DNA of 64,000 nucleotides. Source: an uncultured archaeon (GTDB lineage Archaea > Asgardarchaeota > Thorarchaeia > Thorarchaeales > Thorarchaeaceae). The position numbers and the translations under genes are program-made. Numbering within the stretch: position 1 is the stretch's first letter; each line of letters opens with the position of its first letter. Location: the NCBI GenBank assembly GCA_964473825.1, contig CAYYQL010000012.1, forward strand, positions 1,561 to 65,560. Reading direction: 5' to 3'. The notes under the pieces are model-generated. The model ran no database searches. It saw nothing but the letters and a program-made list of their open reading frames with translations, and was not told the DNA's origin. Shown here piece after piece: positions 59,237 through 64,000 of this stretch.

Positions 59237-60658
59237 ATGCCTGTTTCAGAGTACCAGTACACCCTTGAGGACCTGAAATGGATACCCAGATTCATGGAAG
59301 AGGTAAGGGACTACTTCTTCTCTCGCCCGGAAGACAACCTTCTGATTCTGAGGCCCAACAAGGTGATGCATCTGAACAGGACAGGGATGCTCATGCTGAA
59401 GATGCTTCTTGAAGGCGAGAGTCCAGAGAGCGTTGTGGACTATTTTACGGAGAATCATGGCGCTGACAAGCAGCAGGTTCTCAATGACCTGGCTGCATTT
59501 GTGGACGATCTACAGAATATGGTGAGCGGAAACCAGAATGTCTACACTTATCGCACAGCAAAGATTGTTCCCTTCGGTACAGGCGAAATCAAGTATCCGG
59601 TACTCAGCGAGATAGCAGTGACTTACCGCTGCAATAACAAGTGCAGGTTCTGCTATGCATATTCCCCCTTTCGAGAATCAGACGAGATGACTACCGAAGA
59701 AGTCAAACGTGTCATAGACATCATAGCCGATGATGCTCATGTCCCATCTCTCTCTTTCACAGGCGGAGAGCCCACACTCAGAAACGACCTATTTGAGCTG
59801 ATTAAGCACGGTAGAGAGAAGGGGCTCCGTGTCAATCTGATAACAAATGGACGGCGCTGTGCAGACAAAGCGTTCGTTGCAAGACTCGTCGAGGCAGGTC
59901 TGAACAGCTCACAAGTGTCCATAGAAGGTGCTGACGCTGAAACTCACGACTTCATCGTTGGCGTCCCAGGCGCCTTTGAACAGACGGTAGAGGGTATCAA
60001 GAACCTTCGCAAGACCGACATCTACACTCACTGCAACACAACAATCTGCAGACCTAATGTAGAGAATCTTGAGGAGCTAGTAGACTTCCACGCTGATGAG
60101 CTGGGACTGACCTATTTCAGCATGAATATGGTGATCTATACCGGGACAGCGGCGAAGCTGAGAGATGAGCTTCAAATCAAGTACACCGAGATTGGAGACA
60201 TTGTCCGAAGAGTGAAGAAGAGAGCCAGCAAGAAAGGAGTTCAGTTCGTCTGGTATGCTCCTACACCTGTGTGTATCTTCAATCCCATTGCTCATGGACT
60301 GGGAGCAAAGAGCTGCGCCTGTTGTGATGGTCTTCTCTCAGTCGATGCAGAGGGGAAACTCCTGCCATGCTCCAGCTTCAGCGAGCCGGTCGGAGACCTT
60401 CTTCACGACGGGTTTGAGAAGGTCTGGTACAATCGAGCTTCCAGGTTCTGGAGAGCAAAGGACTATGCGCCTGAGGGCTGTAAGGCTTGTGAATACTTCA
60501 ACTATTGCTTCGGAGGATGTCCACTCTACTGGGATGTGCACGGGTTCGAGGAGATAGAAGACTTCTGGCCGGAGAAGAGCAGGGTGGCATCCAAGATGGA
60601 CGAGATCAGACTCAATCTGAGAAGACGAATAAGAGGCGATCAGCATGGAATCACCTAG
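59237..60658 (+). CDS. radical SAM/SPASM-domain enzyme with N-terminal PqqD-like RiPP-recognition domain
   Basis: N-terminal 100 aa (LILRPNKVMHLNRTGMLMLKMLLEGESPESVVDYF...VLNDLAAFVDDLQNM) reads as PqqD/RRE. CNNKCRFC is the CxxxCxxC AdoMet cluster. The C-terminus carries 8 Cys in SPASM spacing (CIFNP...CACCDG...LPCSS...GCKACEYFNYCFGGC). Confidence 0.85.
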   Translation: MPVSEYQYTLEDLKWIPRFMEEVRDYFFSRPEDNLLILRPNKVMHLNRTGMLMLKMLLEGESPESVVDYFTENHGADKQQVLNDLAAFVDDLQNMVSGNQNVYTYRTAKIVPFGTGEIKYPVLSEIAVTYRCNNKCRFCYAYSPFRESDEMTTEEVKRVIDIIADDAHVPSLSFTGGEPTLRNDLFELIKHGREKGLRVNLITNGRRCADKAFVARLVEAGLNSSQVSIEGADAETHDFIVGVPGAFEQTVEGIKNLRKTDIYTHCNTTICRPNVENLEELVDFHADELGLTYFSMNMVIYTGTAAKLRDELQIKYTEIGDIVRRVKKRASKKGVQFVWYAPTPVCIFNPIAHGLGAKSCACCDGLLSVDAEGKLLPCSSFSEPVGDLLHDGFEKVWYNRASRFWRAKDYAPEGCKACEYFNYCFGGCPLYWDVHGFEEIEDFWPEKSRVASKMDEIRLNLRRRIRGDQHGIT

Positions 60659-60705
60659 TGCTTCCGACCGACAGCCTCTATAGGCCGAGCGGCTAGCTCA
60701 AAGCC

Positions 60706-61857
60706 ATGCTAATTGACGACCTGAAGACTCCTGCCCTTCTTCTTGACAGAACTCGACTTGAGAAGAATATTGATCGAATGGCCAAGAAAGCAGAGGATAA
60801 TGGTGTTCACCTCCGACCACATATTAAGACCCACAAGTGCTTGGAGATTGCAGGTCTCCAGCGCTCATCAGGGGCTTGTGGTATTACTGTGTCAACAGTG
60901 TGGGAGGCCAAAGGTTTTGCTGATTCTGGCTTCGAGGATATCACGCTTGCTGTGCCAATTGTCATGGACAAAGTAGAAAGTGTCGTGAATCTTGCCAGAG
61001 ATGTCAACATGACTGTACTGGTCGATAGCCACAGACCAGTCGAGTGGCTCACAAAAGAATCCGCAGAGCAAGAAGTCCAGGTTGGAGTTCTCATCAAAGT
61101 AGACTGTGGTTATCACCGTTGTGGAGTCGACCCCGACAGCAGCGACCCAGTTAAGTTGGCTCGGAAGATAGAGGAAGCAAGATGGCTGGGCTTCAGAGGA
61201 ATCCTGACGCACGCCGGCCATGTCTACGAAGCGTCCAGCGTCGAAGAGATCAGAGCAGTCGCAAGGGAGGAACAGCTTGTTATGTGCAAGGTTGCGGAGA
61301 AGCTAAGAAAGGTCAATCTTCAACCGGACGTTGTCAGCATCGGATCCACCCCTACAATGTCGCTCACACCCAACATAGAGGACTGCATTACCGAGATACG
61401 GCCGGGCAACTACGTCCTCCATGATTACGATCAGGTGGCTCTTGGTTCTTGCACGTTCAGCGATTGTGCTCTGACAGTGCTTGCAAGTGTGATAGGCAAC
61501 TACGGGGATCGGATTGTGGTTGATGCAGGTGCAACAGCACTTTCCAAGGATTTGGGGCGGATACACGTTGATCCCCTAAGTGGATACGGACGAGTATTTC
61601 CCAGTGGAGATATCCAAGAACCAACGGGTGACCGCATCGTATCACTCTCACAGGAGCATGCAAAGATACAGCTGGTGGATGGTTCGCCGCTTAGAGACCT
61701 AGAGCCCGGCGAGAGGATACACATCTTGCCTAATCATTCATGTCTGACTGCGAATCTATTCGATTGGTACGCCGTCCATGACGGAACAGATAGCGTCTGT
61801 TGCAAGTGGAAGATATTGCGTGAACGCGACAGAGCGATGGTCACTGGAACCGACTAA
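60706..61857 (+). CDS. PLP-dependent DSD1-family enzyme (D-serine dehydratase / D-threonine aldolase-like, alanine racemase N-terminal fold)
   Basis: LRPHIKTHKC is the conserved PLP-Lys block of the DSD1/D-TA family. Length about 380 aa. Confidence 0.65.
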   Translation: MLIDDLKTPALLLDRTRLEKNIDRMAKKAEDNGVHLRPHIKTHKCLEIAGLQRSSGACGITVSTVWEAKGFADSGFEDITLAVPIVMDKVESVVNLARDVNMTVLVDSHRPVEWLTKESAEQEVQVGVLIKVDCGYHRCGVDPDSSDPVKLARKIEEARWLGFRGILTHAGHVYEASSVEEIRAVAREEQLVMCKVAEKLRKVNLQPDVVSIGSTPTMSLTPNIEDCITEIRPGNYVLHDYDQVALGSCTFSDCALTVLASVIGNYGDRIVVDAGATALSKDLGRIHVDPLSGYGRVFPSGDIQEPTGDRIVSLSQEHAKIQLVDGSPLRDLEPGERIHILPNHSCLTANLFDWYAVHDGTDSVCCKWKILRERDRAMVTGTD

Positions 61858-62564
61858 TCAACACGGTTGACAATGAAGTGACCACAGTAGGGACAGTTCT
61901 CTTCTTCGCCTGGTAGTATCGGATTCTTGAGTTTTCCACCGCAGTTAGGACACTTTGTGATGGCCTTGGGCAGTTGTTCCACAGCCTCAGCAGTATAGAC
62001 AACACGGGAGTCCATGTCTACGGTACCGCGAAATCTTCCCATCTTCGACAAAACACTCATTGCCTCGATAATCTGCTCGTCCGTAGAGTTCGTCACTCTT
62101 GCAATCTGGTCGAAAGACATCCTTCTCTGGGCATGAAGAAGATGCAGCAGACTCTCTTCCAGACTAACAGCACTGGGACTTACGATTTCACTCTTTGCAC
62201 GGTCAAGGTAGACCAGAGGAAGCCTACGATGAGCCAGGCGGTCTGCGGCATCAGCAACGTCCTCAGTTGAAACTCCGAGTTCTCTTGCCGCAGCGTCAAC
62301 CCCAACCCGTCCCTCTCTCTGAACAAGGGGGATCAGGCTACCCGAAATATCTTTGACACGCGCCTCTCGTGACCCTCGAATAATCAGGTAGAGCCCTATC
62401 ACTAGCTCGGGGAGACCCAAAATGGCCCAAGCGATGACACCAGATGCAAGAACAACCATTGGCTCTCCAGTGACCATGAGTGTACTCTGATACACTACAA
62501 GTGTCATGGCCGCGCATACGACCAGTGAAATCAAACCGATAAGCTGTGACAGACGTGGATTCAA
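61854..62564 (-). CDS. membrane protein with two N-terminal TM helices, helix-turn-helix-like middle and C-terminal zinc ribbon
   Basis: TM1/TM2 in the first 70 aa. ELGVSTEDVADAADRL and QIARVTNSTDEQIIEAM look HTH-like. C-terminal CPNCGG...CPYCGH ribbon. Confidence 0.5.
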   Translation of the reverse strand: MNPRLSQLIGLISLVVCAAMTLVVYQSTLMVTGEPMVVLASGVIAWAILGLPELVIGLYLIIRGSREARVKDISGSLIPLVQREGRVGVDAAARELGVSTEDVADAADRLAHRRLPLVYLDRAKSEIVSPSAVSLEESLLHLLHAQRRMSFDQIARVTNSTDEQIIEAMSVLSKMGRFRGTVDMDSRVVYTAEAVEQLPKAITKCPNCGGKLKNPILPGEEENCPYCGHFIVNRVD

Positions 62565-62766
62565 CGAAGGTCAATCTCCGGCTCGAATGTTATGTTCTTC
62601 CCTGATATAGCTTTTCTCAAGAGCGTAGCATGATCTTCACAAGGTAGATGTAATACCCAGATATTGCTCTTCCTGCATCTGAGAAGGCCCCGGTGGAGAC
62701 AACAGAATGACTTATTTAGAGAGATAATCACAATCACCGACATACACCCTGAAGGACGTTGAACTA

Positions 62767-63183
62767 ATGGTAATAGATCGCGAGGGAGCCACTTCGGCCG
62801 TTATTCTGAGATTCACAGCGGGTAAACCCGTTGAGTTTCCTGCGGAGTTTGTGAAGGAGATTGGTGAAAAGGCAGGATTGACCATACTACACCACAAGGA
62901 TCGGGTGATGAAGCTCTTTCCTGTTGCTTCAGACAATATCTACCTCTTACGGATCGAGATTAGCGACCTCTCCAGGAATTTCTTGAAACAGCTCAACTAT
63001 GCGTTCAATGATGCAAAGCTTAGCGACATTATCTTCACGACCGGCGTTTGCCTCAGGGGCGAGAAATGCTACTACGAGTGTTACTTCGTTCCGGATCAGC
63101 TGGTTGTTTCACTGACCGAACTTGAGGACTCGCTCAAGATGATTGACGGCGTGTCTCGAGTTGTACTGCGGAAAGTTGAGTAA
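62767..63183 (+). CDS. hypothetical protein (138 aa)
   Basis: ORF with balanced composition. No motif assigned. Confidence 0.35.
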   Translation: MVIDREGATSAVILRFTAGKPVEFPAEFVKEIGEKAGLTILHHKDRVMKLFPVASDNIYLLRIEISDLSRNFLKQLNYAFNDAKLSDIIFTTGVCLRGEKCYYECYFVPDQLVVSLTELEDSLKMIDGVSRVVLRKVE

Positions 63184-63426
63184 TCCGTTCCGCCAACCAG
63201 TTGGCTTGTCTCGTGACTCGGGTCAAAGCGTCCAGTTGTGAATAGGGTGTCCTAAGAGAGGGGTGGCTAAAGGTATGATGCCGCCTCACTAGTTGTTTCT
63301 CCAAAGACCATATCAGAATGCAATCGCAAATCACACTGTACTGGTCAGGGCTTGCCAAACAAGGGGCATACGCACATAATGAATAAATAACGCCCTCGGT
63401 AATGACACCGAAAAGGGGAAGATAAT

Positions 63427-63897
63427 TTGTCATTGGAGAACCTCCTGAAGAGCGTTCAGAAGAATCTGAACAATGGAAATGTGAAATACGCGCTGCTTGA
63501 CCTCAAGTCTGCGGAAGGAATGGCACCGAATGACTGGCGTGTCGCCTACTATTATGGACGTTGCTACCTCAGTAATGGCGATTACGAACAGGCAATTGCG
63601 AAATTCAAGAAGGCCCACTCGGTCCAACCGCTGCCAGAAGTCAGCTATTTCTTGGCTATGTCATTCATAAAGAACAAGCAGTGGCAGGATGCAATAGCTA
63701 TCGCTGATGCCGCCCTGGAGAGAGATCCAGAGGACACAACTACGAAGGCCGCTCTCAACTACATCAAATCAGGGGCGAACATGGAACTGGGTAACCTTGA
63801 CGAGGCCATATCTGCCGCTGAGAATGCTGTCGAACTCAGCCCAGATGATAAGGACTATCAGACCCATCTAGAACGGTTAAAGAACGCGAAAGCTTGA
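63427..63897 (+). CDS. TPR-repeat protein
   Basis: Three to four 34-aa units with the W/Y-G-Y-A-F-P pattern (YYYGRCYLSNGDYEQAIAKFKKA...). Confidence 0.7.
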   Translation: MSLENLLKSVQKNLNNGNVKYALLDLKSAEGMAPNDWRVAYYYGRCYLSNGDYEQAIAKFKKAHSVQPLPEVSYFLAMSFIKNKQWQDAIAIADAALERDPEDTTTKAALNYIKSGANMELGNLDEAISAAENAVELSPDDKDYQTHLERLKNAKA

Positions 63898-64000
63898 TAC
63901 TAACTTACCGTTCTCAAAGATGCCGCCATTCCTAGTCGGCGTAGAGAGTTTCTAATGGCTCAGGAATGGCTACTTCCTTTGTCATAAAGATACCAACGAA

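Overview
This is a densely coded 64-kb window, roughly 50% GC, that looks prokaryotic and probably archaeal. I could not place it in a lineage from sequence alone; a sediment-type Asgard or Thermoplasmatota-like archaeon is a guess.

Evidence for an archaeal origin:
- a TFS/RpoM-like zinc-ribbon protein, a Sir2 homologue and a GTPBP1-like translational GTPase
- a small Ras-superfamily GTPase with an N-terminal extension
- frequent ATGA stop/start overlaps between adjacent genes
- TATA-like rather than sigma-70-like upstream elements

The dominant theme is proteolysis. There are four giant S8 subtilases of 1043-1596 aa. All four carry a signal peptide, large insertions between the catalytic Asp, His and Ser (pyrolysin-like) and a C-terminal transmembrane anchor followed by basic residues. 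Two of them have a long poly-Thr stalk before the anchor. A TldD/PmbA pair, an M24 peptidase, an M29-like peptidase and a HExxH peptidase are interspersed.

Housekeeping and accessory genes include:
- a bacterial-type grpE-dnaK-dnaJ operon
- a P-type cation ATPase and two MFS transporters
- the 3-hydroxybutyryl-CoA dehydrogenase gene hbd and the phosphoserine aminotransferase gene serC next to a DUF1015 gene
- a D-2-hydroxyacid dehydrogenase and a PadR regulator paired with a HAAS-domain membrane protein

The most unusual locus is at about 54.6-60.7 kb. A minus-strand operon there encodes a 724-aa membrane protein that ends in a tandem (C-H-S-A)n tail, then a metallophosphoesterase, then the small GTPase. 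About 0.65 kb upstream of that operon's first gene, on the opposite strand, sits a radical SAM/SPASM enzyme with an N-terminal PqqD-like RiPP-recognition domain. No canonical short precursor peptide lies nearby. I propose this as a candidate Cys/His-repeat modification system.

I recognised no tRNA, rRNA, CRISPR array or transposase. All calls rest on manual motif reading; no searches were run.
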